The translations under genes and the position numbers were made by a program. The notes under the pieces are model-generated. The model made no database searches. It was given only the letters and a program-made list of their open reading frames with translations, and was not told where the DNA came from. A stretch of DNA of 64,000 nt from assembly GCF_006345805.1 (NCBI RefSeq), contig NW_021832853.1:31483-95482 (forward strand). The letters run 5' to 3'. Source of the DNA: Octopus sinensis (Eukaryota). Shown piece after piece: positions 25,198 through 38,720 of this stretch. Within the stretch, counting starts at the first letter, position 1. Every line of letters begins with the position of its first letter.

Positions 25198-25557
25198 GGA
25201 TCTTTTCGGTTCGAACGGTAGTTTTTTCTAGCGGTGTCATGAAATTGTCACCCATAATTATGACCCTAGTATCGATCTATTGCATTTCAATCTGATTTAG
25301 GGTTAGGGGAAAGGGTATCTTTTTCTTCAGAAATGTAAATAAACCCAATCTGTTTCTTAAACGAACGAATTTTTACCTCAATAGACGCCAGTGATTGGTT
25401 GAAATTGCAGAAAAAAAAATTTTACAAACTAAGGAATCTTCTCAATAAAGCCAAGAGAAAAATGTTTTATAAACACATTCTACCAGTATACGAAGTTTAA
25501 AATTTTTTAGTTACCTAGAAATTATGTTAAAAACTACCGTTCAAACCGAAAAGATCC
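25198..25557. mobile_element. MITE with GGATCT termini and 8-bp TSD (Merlin-like)
   Basis: TIRs of about 29 bp (ggatcttttcggttcgaacggtagttttt / aaaaactaccgttcaaaccgaaaagatcc). Flanks caaatatc / aaaatatc match at 7 of 8 positions. Confidence 0.75.
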
Positions 25558-25675
25558 AAAATATCTAATGCAGAACAAAGTATCAATGACATTTCGAATA
25601 AACAATTCACGATACGAGAACACGAAAACATACCACCATCTTAAGGGTTAGCAGAACTTTACGAAAAAATTTAGA

Positions 25676-25691
25676 GGCCCTGAAAAGGGCC
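25676..25691 (-). terminator. Histone 3' stem-loop of H3 (GGCCCTTTTCAGGGCC)
   Basis: Perfect canonical hairpin 34 nt after the stop codon. Confidence 0.95.
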
Positions 25692-25725
25692 GTTGGGGAA
25701 AAGTATTAACTTCATCATTTTCAAC

Positions 25726-26707
<982 letters not shown>

Positions 26708-26755
26708 ACTGGTGAAGTTTTTGTGACTTTGTGATCGTGAACAACGACAAATCCC

Positions 26756-26771
26756 GGCCCTTTTCAGGGCC
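26756..26771 (+). terminator. Histone 3' stem-loop of H4 (GGCCCTTTTCAGGGCC)
   Basis: Perfect canonical hairpin 48 nt after the stop codon. Confidence 0.95.
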
Positions 26772-27055
26772 ACTCATGTCTTAATGTAAGCCATCTCGCC
26801 TCTCCGATATGCTTAAACCAAAATGTTTGAATTTCAGCTTCCTTTTCAAAGGGATTTTTTATCTCTTTCAGTGAGCCTCTCAGCTCTTTACGTATGGCGT
26901 GTCTTAATTAGATCGCAGTATCGGATATTAATGAAAGACGGTGATGAGACAGAATCAAGCACGTCGGGCGAAATGCTTTAAAAGATGTTGGTTACGGGTA
27001 GGTGCTACCTCCGTTTCGCACCAAGACAACATTTATGCTAGAAATAACAGCAAAA

Positions 27056-27158
27056 TACGGATTCGGAGGAACTTCGTGGTCGTGAGTAGCGACAAATCCC
27101 AGCCCTTTCCAGAGCCACTCGTATCTTAATGTAAGCCATCTCGCCCCTCCGATGTGCT
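27056..27158 (+). pseudogene. Decayed duplicate of the H4 3' end (YGFGG codons, 3' UTR, broken stem-loop)
   Basis: Aligns to 26690-26813 with a ~21-nt deletion removing the stop codon. The stem-loop is mutated to AGCCCTTTCCAGAGCC (27101-27116). Confidence 0.9.
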
Positions 27159-28099
27159 GAAATTGATTTGGCTTGAATTGTGAAATTAAGATGTTCATTT
27201 CCATATTTCTTTTTTTTTTTGAAAGTTACAAAAAAAATGAATGCAGTAATATCAGCAAACTCGGTTAATATCTAGATCCACACCCTTTAATATACGATGC
27301 CTTACACGTGTTACACATTTTTCCTATTTTTCACAAAGGGTGCGGATCTTGCCTAAGAGCATATATAAAATTTTATTTCAATCGTTGAATAATTAAAAGT
27401 TACATGTAAATTTCGATTTAAACATAGCAATTTAGAATTATCAAATGCAAATATTTAAAGTACCAATATAAACCCAATGTATAGGTAGATTGGAAAAAGA
27501 AAAGACTGACGACTCACGTATGCTGCGCAGTGCACATGGACTATGAATTGTAGCCTAGACTCGCACAAATGGCCACGCATTCGTGATGGGTTTATATTGA
27601 TACATTTTAAAGTTTTTTGCATTTGATTTATTCTGGCCTGGTTGTCTGGAGAACTATAGCCTAGGCTAGCTCAGACTGGCTACCTGTATAGTCTGGGGAG
27701 GAGTATATTCTGGGATGTTACACCTCCAATTCTCAATTCTGCTTAGGCTCGTTGCGCCCATAAAGCCGCAGTGAAACGCCTGCATTCAGGTACGTGCGTG
27801 TATGCCCTGAGCACGTCGCCTCAAATGAATTCTATCTGTAAGTTGTTTTTTTTTAACAGGTAAATTACGAGTTCTGTGTAGTGCATGCATATTTAATGGT
27901 TCCAGTTTTAGCTAAATCTGGAAAACGTAGGGTTTTGAACATTAAAAATCTGAAAATTGGCGACCCCTTCTAACTCATTTGCATCATCGCTTCAGTTTCA
28001 ATGTTGTTTTTCTTTATTTATGAGAGAAGAGTTCTGGATTCACAAGTAATTTAACTGCTTACGTCGAAGTGACGAATTACATAGCAAAATCTGTCATCT

Positions 28100-29230
28100 C
28101 TCTTTAGAATGTCTGTAAACTGGAGCTTTGGTTTCCTATTATGCCCCCTGAGAACAACATGCAAGATAGAATAAGGTGTGCGGCTCTGGAGCATACTTGC
28201 AACCTGTCAAACTTGAATTTCGAGAGATACTGGACTCTGGTAATTGCTACCTTGTCTTTCAACAATATATCTAGAAATGATCAAAGGAATCTGGTGTGAA
28301 ATGTATTGTCGATTCTCTTGATGGCGATAGATTGATGTTCTGCACCGTTTAACAGAACACTACGTACAGTGGCCTTAAATACTCTTATATTTGTTTGCAT
28401 CGTGGAATGTTTGTTCCTCCATACTCTCTTTGTAAAATGGCGGAAGTCAGAAATTACCTTCCCCTGTTTGGTTGAGATTTCAGTATCTAGTGAGTAATTG
28501 AACTTCTCAACAGCTTTCGGATCTTTACCTTTTGATCCACAGATTTAAAAAATAATTTTTTGTAACTAAACACTTTCAAACTTCGGACACTGGTATAATG
28601 TGTCGTATAAAACATCTTTTACTATTAGCATTTTTGAGGAAAACATATTTACGAAGTTATTTCACGTTAAAGTTGTCCTATTTCGGTCATTTCAACCAAT
28701 CAATGACGTGTATTCAGCTAAATAAAATTACTGCCGTTGTTTGTCAACAACAACTATCGGTAGTGTATTTTTCGTTTGTCACTGTTATTTATGACATTGT
28801 CCGTGCGTTTGTACTGGTTTTAAGGTTTTAGGGTTAGGGTTGTCATAAATAACAGTGACAAACGAAATATACACCGCCAGAAGTTCTTGTTGACAAACAA
28901 CAGCAATAATTTTATTCAGCTGAATACACGTCATTGATTGGTTGAAATTACCGAAATAGGACAACTTTAACGTGAAATAACTTCGTAAATATAAGTTTTT
29001 CTTAAAAATGCTAAGAGTAAAAGATGTTTTATATGACACATTCTATCAGTGTCCGAAGTTTGAAAGTGTTTAGTTACAAAAAATTATTTTTTTAAATCTG
29101 TAGTGTAGGTCAAAAGGTAAAGATCCCAGCTTTCTAGTGTTGTGTCATCGATCTTATGATTGATGACTATCTGCAAACTGGGACATAGATCTGTCTTCTT
29201 GAAACCAGTCAGCAGAAGTTGCTGAGCATA
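28100..29230 (-). mobile_element. Degenerate RTE-clade LINE fragment interrupted by a foldback MITE
   Basis: The minus strand reads across the MITE as ...IDDTTLE.VEKFNYS...VWRNKHSTMQTNIRVFKATVRSVLLNGAE, which resembles the RTE post-RT region. Confidence 0.55.
28519..29126. mobile_element. Foldback MITE with ~280-bp inverted arms, GGATCT termini and perfect 8-bp TSD (Merlin-like)
   Basis: TSD CAGCTTTC at 28511-28518 and 29127-29134. Arms are about 28519-28796 and 28841-29126, and the spacer contains TTTAGGGTTAGGGT. Confidence 0.9.
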
Positions 29231-30699
29231 AAGAAATGTATCAAAATTTGGAGCTTTGACATTTTTATATTCGACCTTTCAATCATCCGGTAGGTTTGTA
29301 TATTGAAAGATATTGCAATTTTTCGGTCTTTCAAACGTTCAATATTCAGATTTTTCGTATTTTCCTGTCATACAACACTTGGATCTTCTGAAATTCAGTC
29401 TTATGACCCAAACCATACACGTCGCGCGTGCGTATGCATGTACGTTTCTCAGAAATTTATGGATGTGCTCCAATAGATATTTTATATTAACAAAAGTAAT
29501 ATCAACGCTAACACCTACACTAACTCCGCCACTTTGACCTCTCTCTGATCTACACTCGTATACAAATTGACCCGTAAAGCATATGTAACGATGAAGTTTT
29601 TAGTTGAAGTCGAGGGTCACCAATTGTTACGGTTAGGTTTTTATTAGTGTAGTTACCAGTTGTAAAGGGTAAGATTGTTGCGGTACACAAAGTTTTAAGG
29701 GAATATTTATTTACCGTCACGTTACAATACCTTGCCTTGACCGGCAGGTTATAACATCCGAGAGCATACGAAAGAAAGTTAGATGCGGTAGAATGTTTCT
29801 TTGCATAGTTTGGAGTATACGAATTGTTAGCAGTAATCCGCAGATAGCGATAGAATGACGTTGTAAGAGAACAGAATTAGAGCAAGTGAGAGTTGTAGGG
29901 TCTTGTCTCACAGTTGCTGACAGTAAACTTAATTTCTCCCTCTGACCAAGGTTCTAGCTGGTCAGCCAGACTTCGTTGTCACCAAAGTGACTAACTGGTT
30001 GAGTCTTCACCATGTGACTGGACTCGTTGAGTCGTCATCGACTGTTTTTGGCTTGGGGTCTTCTTGCTTTTATAACTATCCAGGATAGATATCATTGAAA
30101 ACAATAGATTTAGTTGGTGGTCTTGTTATCTCTATTCTAGCTTTTAGTGAAGTAGAAGAGGTTAGAAAGGGTCAAGTGTTGCAGACATTTCGGCCAAGCT
30201 AAAGGCATCTGGAAAATGTAAAACTGCTACCAGAGAAAAACCATTGTTCCACCGTGGGAAAAGTTCTGTTGCAGTGTTAATTTAAATTTGGCTATGGTGG
30301 ATGGAATATATTATAATATAGGTGACCCATTAGCAATTTAAGCCTAAAGGCAAATTAATAAACAAAGGTACAAACATAGAACCAGCATTGCTAGAAATGA
30401 GAGTCAAAAGTGACTCGCTAGACACACAAAGCACTAACCTCACGAGATTGACAAAAAGTGAGGGAGCGAGTAGAAGCACATTTCTCTGCTGAGATAAATT
30501 CACAAAATGAAGTAAACGTGTGTGTGTATCTGTGTAGGCGCATGAAGTTTTCTTCCTAACCACATGGTTCCAGGTTCAGTCCCACTGCATGGTACCTTGA
30601 GCACCTATAGCCTCGTGAGTGGATTTAGTAGATAGCAACTGAAAGAAGCCCATTGCATTTGTGTGTGTGTGTGTGTGTGTAAAGTTCATACGGAAAATA

Positions 30700-31400
30700 A
30701 TGCAAAAGTGAGCATAACCGTCTTATTAACTGACTCCTTCAAATTACACATATTGGGAGAGTAACTCTTCTTCTATACGAACATGCTACTCAACATTAGT
30801 TACTGTCTCAAACAATGCATTTGTTTGTGATGGAAACCAGCGTTGAACCCAACTCTTGAATTCTCTTTGACAAAAAAATTAAGTTGTACCAATTCCTTTG
30901 CAGTCACTTTGACCTCGTCTGTATCATCAAATCGCTATTCCCCGAAGACTGCCCTTCATTGGACCGAACAGGTGGAAGTCGGAACGTACGAGATTCGGGC
31001 TGTATTGTGGATGGAGGACCAACCCAGTTTGATGATTGCCTGATTTGTTACCAAAGATGTGTGTGGTCGCGCACTGCCATGATGAATGTGAGTTGTTTTC
31101 AGCTCTGGAATCTTCTAAGCTTACTACTCACGACGCAGCCAAATTCCAGAAAATCCTGGAGAAGGATGCCGTTGTCATGTCAATATTCAGTCACTATGAT
31201 TCACTATGCCGATTGCTTGCTCTTGAACTTCTTAGGTCTTGGAGAAGAGAAACGTACTTCCATGATCCGTTTCTGGATTACAAAGATATAGACGTGTTTC
31301 ATCCTTTGTCATCAGATCGGAGAAAAAAGAATCTTTGCATTCTTCCAGCAAATGAGAGCAATCTCCAAACTGCTCTCCTTCAAATTGGTTCTTAACTGCT
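30700..31400 (-). mobile_element. Degenerate mariner transposase fragment
   Basis: Minus-strand remnants: SFFSDLMTKDETRLYLCNPET, SPRPKKFKSKQSA, HHGSARPHTSLVTNQAIIKLGW, HPQYSPNLVRSDFHLFGPMKGSLRG. Confidence 0.85.
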
Positions 31401-31830
31401 GAGACTTAAAAAAAAATTCAATGGGTCTAAGCGAAAATATTTAGTCAGTTCAGGTGAAACGGTTGTTTTAACAATATTGACTTACTGAATTCCTCACATG
31501 GAAGAGCAGATAAGATGCCGTTGTCAGTATTCTCTAGGGTACGAAGTTTCGGCGGCTTCAGATCTTACATTGGATGCTTCATGTTAAAGAGCATAGAGTA
31601 TGCTGGCGTCTGTTAGTCTGCATTCTGTAGAGTGTGGATCTACCACGAGGGGAATCCGATAAAAGAATCGATGTTGTTAAAACAACCATTTGATCTGTAC
31701 TGACCAATGGACTAAATACTCTCACCTATACCCATTTTAAGTTTCTTTTAGATTATCTCCACTCTGACTCCGAACATCTGATGATATGCACGTGTCAAAC
31801 TTATTAAACACACATCACACACACACAGGC

Positions 31831-31896
<66 letters not shown>

Positions 31897-32329
31897 CACA
31901 CACATAGATGCATGCACACACACGCGCACATATATACACATATATGAGGGACTCATCCAGGCCGGAACAACAAATGAGCATCCAGTTATTCGGCAATCTT
32001 AATTACACATTCATTGAATTCGTGTCGCTGAGTATACCTAATGCTTCGCATTCAGCTAAAATAGAAGAGAATGAGTTTGCTAATATTATGCAACCTGAGA
32101 ATCAAAGGGATTGAAAGGTTTCGAATTACAAGACTATGCTATAGAAAATCAGGACCTCATTGAGGAGAAGTACATACGGAATGATAGCGATTCATTTGCC
32201 GTTATGAATGATGATAGGAGAGTGGTATGAAAGTGGGCTGTCGAGTGAGGAAAATGTATGAGAATGAGAAGAGTTACTTTATATAGACCAGAGGATCAAC
32301 TGTACAAGTTGACAACATTACGACTGATA

Positions 32330-32930
32330 GAGAGATTAAGAGCATGAAAGCAAGGCAACCAGTCCATCAAGAATAGTCTGTGAGATTATTAAAATATCTA
32401 AGGGGGTAGAGCACGCACAATTCATGTACATAGTTAATCAGGTAGCAGAGTAAGGTACCGTACCCATCTCTAGCATAACATTATCATCGTCAGCTGCTAC
32501 AAGGTCAAAGGTGATATAGCAGAGAGAGAAAATTACAGAGCATCAAGTTGATGGGCCAGGTTATGACAGTAACTAAAAGAGTCATGGCACAATTGGATGT
32601 GAAGAGAATTAGCTTAGATGAGATGCACTTCGGGTTTTCACCGGGAGTCCACTGCAGAAATACTTAGCTAAGAGTATGCCGCTATACCTAGCAATTGTAA
32701 ACCTAGAGAAGACCTTTGACTGAATCTCACAATCATGAAGGCAACTAAGAATAGATTAATGGCTAGTGACAAGCATGTAAGCTATGTAGAAAGGTGCAGT
32801 CTGCCAAGTGAGCACTACAAATGCATACGACAACGAATTTATTGTGCAGCTCTCAACCCCGTTTCTATTTATCCTTACAGAGGATTTTAAGACAGGCTAT
32901 CCATAAGAATTCCAATATGTTGTTGACCTA
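32330..32930 (+). mobile_element. Old RTE LINE RT fragment (a further RTE 3' remnant lies at about 34550-34940)
   Basis: Decayed similarity to the RTE at 47.7-48.5 kb (MKxGKAxxPS, NYRGIKL, VDLEKAFD equivalents). Confidence 0.6.
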
Positions 32931-33401
32931 GTTCTTATAACTGAACATGTAGTAGAGTTAGAGAAATTCCAGAGGTGGAACAAAACTTAAAATCAAAAGG
33001 ACTTGTAATAAAATTATGGAAGTTTTAGTAAGTAGAGGAAAAAGTGAAACCCTTCTATCGTCAGGAAAATGGATATGATCGATATAAAAGAAAAAAATAG
33101 GCAAAAATTCTATACAGTGTTTCCAGTATAACAATGGACGTGCAAGAGATGTATTGGAATCATAGGCTAACATAGAAAGCTTCGTATACAGCAAGGTGCG
33201 CAGGAACAGTAAAACAGTAAGAGTTTTTCGGAAATAGATTCCCTCAAATACCCTTCTAATTTCCTGGGAGTAAAAAATCGTTTTTTGCACCATATACATC
33301 GAGAACGAGAACGATCATTAACATATTTATTCTAAATACATTTAGGTAGGTTCAGGTGCAAAATATGCTTGTCGCTGTAGTGTATGTCATAGGAGAATAA
33401 A

Positions 33402-33630
33402 TTCTCTCTTTTACGATGACAGTGTGTTCGCCACATTCGGTTCACTAGTGCACAAGATTCTGAGACACCGTTTCGACATGTTGTGTTGCATCAGCTAAAG
33501 TTGATGTAACTTAGGTAAATATTCCGGGTACTGCTTGCTGACGAAACTCATGCTGAAATACCAGTGTTCCAGAATCTTGTGTGCCGTTGAGCCGACTGTG
33601 TTGAACATACTGTCGTCATAAAAGAGAGAA
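33402..33630. mobile_element. MITE with ~65-bp imperfect TIRs
   Basis: ttctctctttttacgatgacagtgtgttc...cacaagattctg is mirrored by cagaatcttgtg...gaacatactgtcgtcataaaagagagaa. Confidence 0.75.
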
Positions 33631-36600
33631 GTCATACTCTTACGACGTACAAAATAGCGACTAACATGTTTTGCATTTAAACCTGCCCAAACGTATCTTC
33701 TACATATGTGGGAAATTCTGTCTGTGGGTGTGTTTGTGGAGTTGTTAGCTAACTCTTCCTACATCGTTTCATCGATTTTGATGAAACCTGACACGTGAAT
33801 AGAACTTATGTCTGGAAACCTCATTGAAAAAATCGATAAGGCCCCTGGAAGGGATCCTTATATAATCTAATATATTTCATTTTAACAACCAAGGGAAATA
33901 ACCCATTCATTTTCCTAAACAATAGATCCATGTATTTCAGTTAGAGACTTATTCACGAATATACCAACACAAGCGCTGGGAACGCACAAAAGCCCTTATT
34001 ATTATCTCATATCTGATTAGCCTGTTATTACGTAACATACTTCACGATTTTAGTATACATACCTAATTAGTATTTCTTCCTAAGTGCTATATACACTGGG
34101 AATGCATTAAAGCCCTTTTCGGGGCTACTTTATTTGAATTCTCACTATCGGGTAACTAATTTCCTGTTATTACATAACTGACATCACAATTTGGGTATTC
34201 ACAACTTATTGGCAATTCCTAAAAACAAGATCCTGAGTAAGACAGTTCGGTATTTTCTGTAAATGCGCAAAAACCGTTTTAAGGGCTACATACTTTGTAT
34301 TGATGTTATTGGATTAGCGACATAATTATGAAAACAGAACCAAGGGTTAAGCCTCGCTTTCCCGGGAATTACCAGGTATGGCAGCTAGTTAAGAATAAAC
34401 AAATCATCGTGCCTAGATTCGTTCATAGATTTTGTTCATTAACTAATCTAATAAGTAGTGAATATGGATGCTCTATACGTATAGTAATCAGCTGGAAAAT
34501 TTTTTTGAACAATTACCTCTGCTAGCAACAAAGTATTTTCCTGAGTTGTGAGCAGATTGTATGATACCTGTGTACGATGCTGAATGACAGTGTGACATAG
34601 GCCTTGATTGCAAAGGATTTGTGAACACTTGTAAGAAATGAAGTGAGCATACACTACTGGGTGTGCAATGTTAGTGAGCATGAACGGCGCAACGCAAATG
34701 AGAGAAAAACTTGATACACAAGGACTCAGGTGCTCAGGTGTTGTGTGCAAAGTAAAAAGACTGCGCTGTTAGGGGCATGTGATACATATGGAGAATGTCA
34801 TTTGCATAAAATAGTGCAGGTTGATCAAAGTAGGTGTAACTTAGGAAGACATGGAGTGAAGTGGTGACAGCTGATTTCAGAACACTGAGTTTCACAGTGG
34901 AGAGAGGAAAGATCTGAGCACGAGGATTAGCAATATGCAAGTTACTTTAAATCAAAGCAAAACAAACATTAAAATAGTGGTATTGATGGAAGTATAATAT
35001 ATCTACATTTTGGTCTTCCACCAAATGTCATTGTTAAATTTATATCTGCTGCTTCTCCAGCCTTCTGAAATTCTCTCATCTCATTCTTTCCACTCAGCCT
35101 ATTTTTTAGTCATAGAGTCAGTTAATCTCACCCATCCATTATAACAAACCGCCAGTGTAACGAGGGACTGCAATGTCCCTACCGCTTTCCTTCATCACGA
35201 AATCTGAATATAAAAGAATAAAGACAGTCATCATCCCCTCAACTCAGATCACCCATTACTGACACCCATCACTCGCTCTTATGTCTTCTATTTTTATTAC
35301 TATCCATTAGTCTCTCTTTTCCTCTACCTCCTCACCACCTCCAATTATACTATTTCTATCACCATACTTTTATTCTCTTCTGTCATCTAGAAAGGTGGGA
35401 TTTCAGAATGCCCACTTTCCTCCAGCACATGCCAGAAAAGAAAGCGGGCATGTGTGCGCATGTGTTTGTGTGTGTACGCGTGCTCTTTAAAAAAGTATTT
35501 GGATTTCCTGCTCTGCACAATCCTTCATGAACTTATACAACAACTGGACTCAAAGATTAGATGCCAACATTTGGGTGGGAAAATGCTCTATATTTCAGTA
35601 ATTGCCTATTGGATTCTTTTGCTCAATGCCTGTTTTCAAAACGTATCTTTTTTTAACCGGAAAGCATTTTCCAAGTGGTCATAAATTCTGCCAGCTTTTC
35701 AAGAAAAATAAAATAAGGTGATCTACAGCTGTATGCAAAATATATATGGCACCTTTAACAGTCACAATACAAAGACATTGCAAATAAGCTTAGAAAGAAA
35801 AGGACCAATATGCAATTATTGAAACAAGAGAGTTACCCTCTTAATACCCAGACAAACGCATTTGGTACCATAGCAATGACTCCTTTTTATATTGCTTACC
35901 GAAGTTGCCTGAACCAGCAAAACATCATTCTATCATTATTGGAAATCTTCATATCACTTTTAAAGTATATTTAGACATTAAGATAAAACAAAAACCATCA
36001 GCATGAGATTGGTAGTGTTACATATGGCATAGGCATTTAAAAAATTTTTTCAAAGTACTGCAGCATCTGTCTTGCTGAGAAATTTCACATCATGCGCACC
36101 CCTACTGCAATTTTCAATAACAAAAAATATTAGCTATTTTGATGCTGACATATTCTTTCTTGCAAATTTCAACGAGCACCACTCTGACACCTGAAAGATA
36201 TCCACAGACTCCAACAATATACAACATTTCAAAGTTCTCACATAGCTGACAGTCAGTCTATATCTATTGATATGTACAGCAAATTAAAGGGCTGATTGAA
36301 TGAAACCATGATACAGGAATGTAATTTCTGTTTATTTGACACATAAATTAACACATCCACAAACGTGTGTATGCTGTGAGTGTGTAAAGTCTGGTATTAT
36401 ATAGTTCTCAGTTCAACAACTGCTAGCTAGTCAAGAGCACTTATGCTTCGTAAGCTTTATAAATTTCTGCAGTTATAAATTTTACTATTAGCACCCAAAC
36501 ATACTGAAGACTGGGTCTTTGGGTTCACTTTTGTCACATTTGCAGCAATATTTTCTATTAATGTCCTCTCCAAGTTTCCATTTAATTTTTGCAGTCACTT

Positions 36601-37749
36601 TATAATGAGAGATTTTCTTTTTCACACAGAATATGAAGGATACATATTTAAGTGCTAGCCATTTCAACCAACCAATAGGTACACAGTTGAGAGGAATACT
36701 AAAATATCCTAAAGATAAAATTCAGAATTGCTCTTTGCAAAAAGAAATTGGAAAACAATTTATCTTGAAAAAGAGAACACAAATAGCAGAAAAGAAGTTC
36801 TGTAATAGGAGATAAAAAGATGACAAAAGAAAGAAAAATATACAAATAGATTCTCCATGAATAGAGAACACACAATGAAAATTTTTGAAATAAATGACAA
36901 ATGAAAAAATAACTTTGCAGTTATTTTTAAATAATGTTTTAGGAGAACAATAGATAGAAGCAGGTGGCAGTATGATTTCAAAGTAGAAGTTATAAAAGTA
37001 GGAAGTATAATCATTTCAAAATTATTAATAAAAAATTTTTTTAAAGAAATGATATAGTAAGAAATAATATAATAATACACATAGAAATAGAGGACATAAT
37101 TCACAAGCCAGCAGAGCTGTAGCGTTTTTATACTATAGGAAATTGGACGGAAACAGTAATTAGAAAAGAAATTTGGACACACAAGTTTTCAAAACATTTT
37201 GACAATATTGCATAAAGGACTTTTCATGCAAATTAAATTAAGCTTTGCTGTATAAAAGAAATATATACTTGGAGCATTTTAGAAAAGAAATCAAGACTCA
37301 ATGAAATAAAATCATTACTATGAAAGAGTCAAGTATCTTAGAAAAAGATACTTGAAACATTGAAGATGGAGAAGAAAATACATCAACAGTTGTGGCATTC
37401 ATAAATAGAGTTATCAGTAGGAGACAGATACCAGATAAGAGATACATAAACATGATAATAACAATTAAAAATGGTCATTTTTAAGGCTAGAGATGGTCAT
37501 TACTTCTAAGAGATAAAAATTTATAGTTGAAGATGAATAAAAAGTATGGTAGGAATTGTATTGCAACAAGCTAAGTTACCTATACCAACAATAAGTTAGC
37601 TTTGTAAACATTATACTAATATTGTACTATTAAATTCAGTTCGCAAGTTTCTCTTCAAAAGAGAAGAATGTTAAATGTAATGAAGCCAAACTTCTACAGT
37701 CATTCAAACTTTAATCAACCATTTTTGGCAGTGATCCTTCCAGTCTCTC

Positions 37750-38280
37750 CACATGGCGATTCCATGTCTTGTTCCTGTCTTTGCCAAAATCCTAAGTCTT
37801 TCCCCTCTACGAAAAACATTTCTGATTCTGCACACCACAGTCCTATCACCAACTCCTTAACCCCAAAGTTTCAGAGGTTATGGAAGCAGTCTTCAACTAC
37901 TAACTTGTTTATTTCTTCCGGTCTCTTCCTCTTCTTGATAACTACCATTACATTTTCATTCAGAGAATTTAATGGTTGTTCCCAAGTCTCTATCAGAGAT
38001 TCTTTCTTATATATCATACAACAGCAAACTTAGATAAAATAATCAATGGTATGGCTCTTGACATGAAAACTTCCTAGCTAAGTCGTCCACCTCTAATGTC
38101 CTGGATTGCAAGTTTGCTGTCAGTCTGCTCCATCACTGTGTTTATGAAGAACTCTCCAACATGTGTTTTATCAACTCTGGAGTAGCTTGGGGTTACATTA
38201 TATCTTCATGCATTTCCTTCCACACATAAACGACTTTCTCCTTGTTACTTCTAACCCTAACCTACTCCTATTCAAATTAA
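37750..38280 (+). mobile_element. Highly decayed Jockey/CR1-type RT fragment
   Basis: ALDM, then INSGVAWGYIIS, and after a frameshift FLPHINDFLLVTSNP, resembling INSGVPQGSILSP..FLLHINDL. Confidence 0.5.
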
Positions 38281-38354
38281 TATTACTCTTCCCTTCTCAG
38301 CACATACAGCAAACATTTGGGGGATTATCCATATGTAACCTGGACACCCCATCA

Positions 38355-38720
38355 TGAAGGCACACGCCTTAGTGGTAAGGGTATTTGGCTCACAATCATA
38401 AGGTCATGAGTTTGACTCCCGGCAGCACATTGTGTCCTAAGCAAGGCACTTTATTTCATGTTACTCCAGTCCACTCAGCTGGCAAAAATGAATTGCACCT
38501 GTATTTCAAAGGGCCAGCTTTGTTACTGTGTCACACTGAATCTACCTGAGAATTACATTAAGGGTATACATGTCTGTGGAATGCTCAGTCACTTGCACAT
38601 TAGTTTCATGAGCAGGTTGATTGGTTCAAGTGGAACTCTCATTGCTGTAACTGACAAAATGCCAGTAGTACCAGTAGACGCCCCCATGCTACATTTTCAG
38701 TGTTTCCACCAATAGAGATT
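38355..38720 (+). mobile_element. tRNA-derived SINE (family 3)
   Basis: tRNA-like head followed by a ctccagtccactcagctg core. Related copies lie at about 39070-39280, 56940-57200 and 60465-60765. Confidence 0.65.

Noticed and set aside
28819-28840. Interstitial telomere or fusion scar (TTAGGG units; also near 22015, 23851, 25300, 38255)
   Set aside because: Only about two units each, embedded in dispersed repeats.
30884-31395. Plus-strand ORFs of 135 and 119 aa as a novel gene
   Set aside because: They are antisense to a recognisable mariner transposase remnant.
32958-33299. 113-aa minus-strand ORF
   Set aside because: No ATG context or recognisable motif; probably decayed TE sequence.
34328-34376. 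Possible plus-strand first exon MKTEPRVKPRFPGNYQ|GTATGG at the CpG-domain edge
   Set aside because: No convincing downstream exons or homology were recognised in 35-47 kb.
36633-37670. A-rich region with a 140-aa hydrophobic antisense ORF
   Set aside because: A compositional artefact, possibly an old LINE; no family could be assigned.
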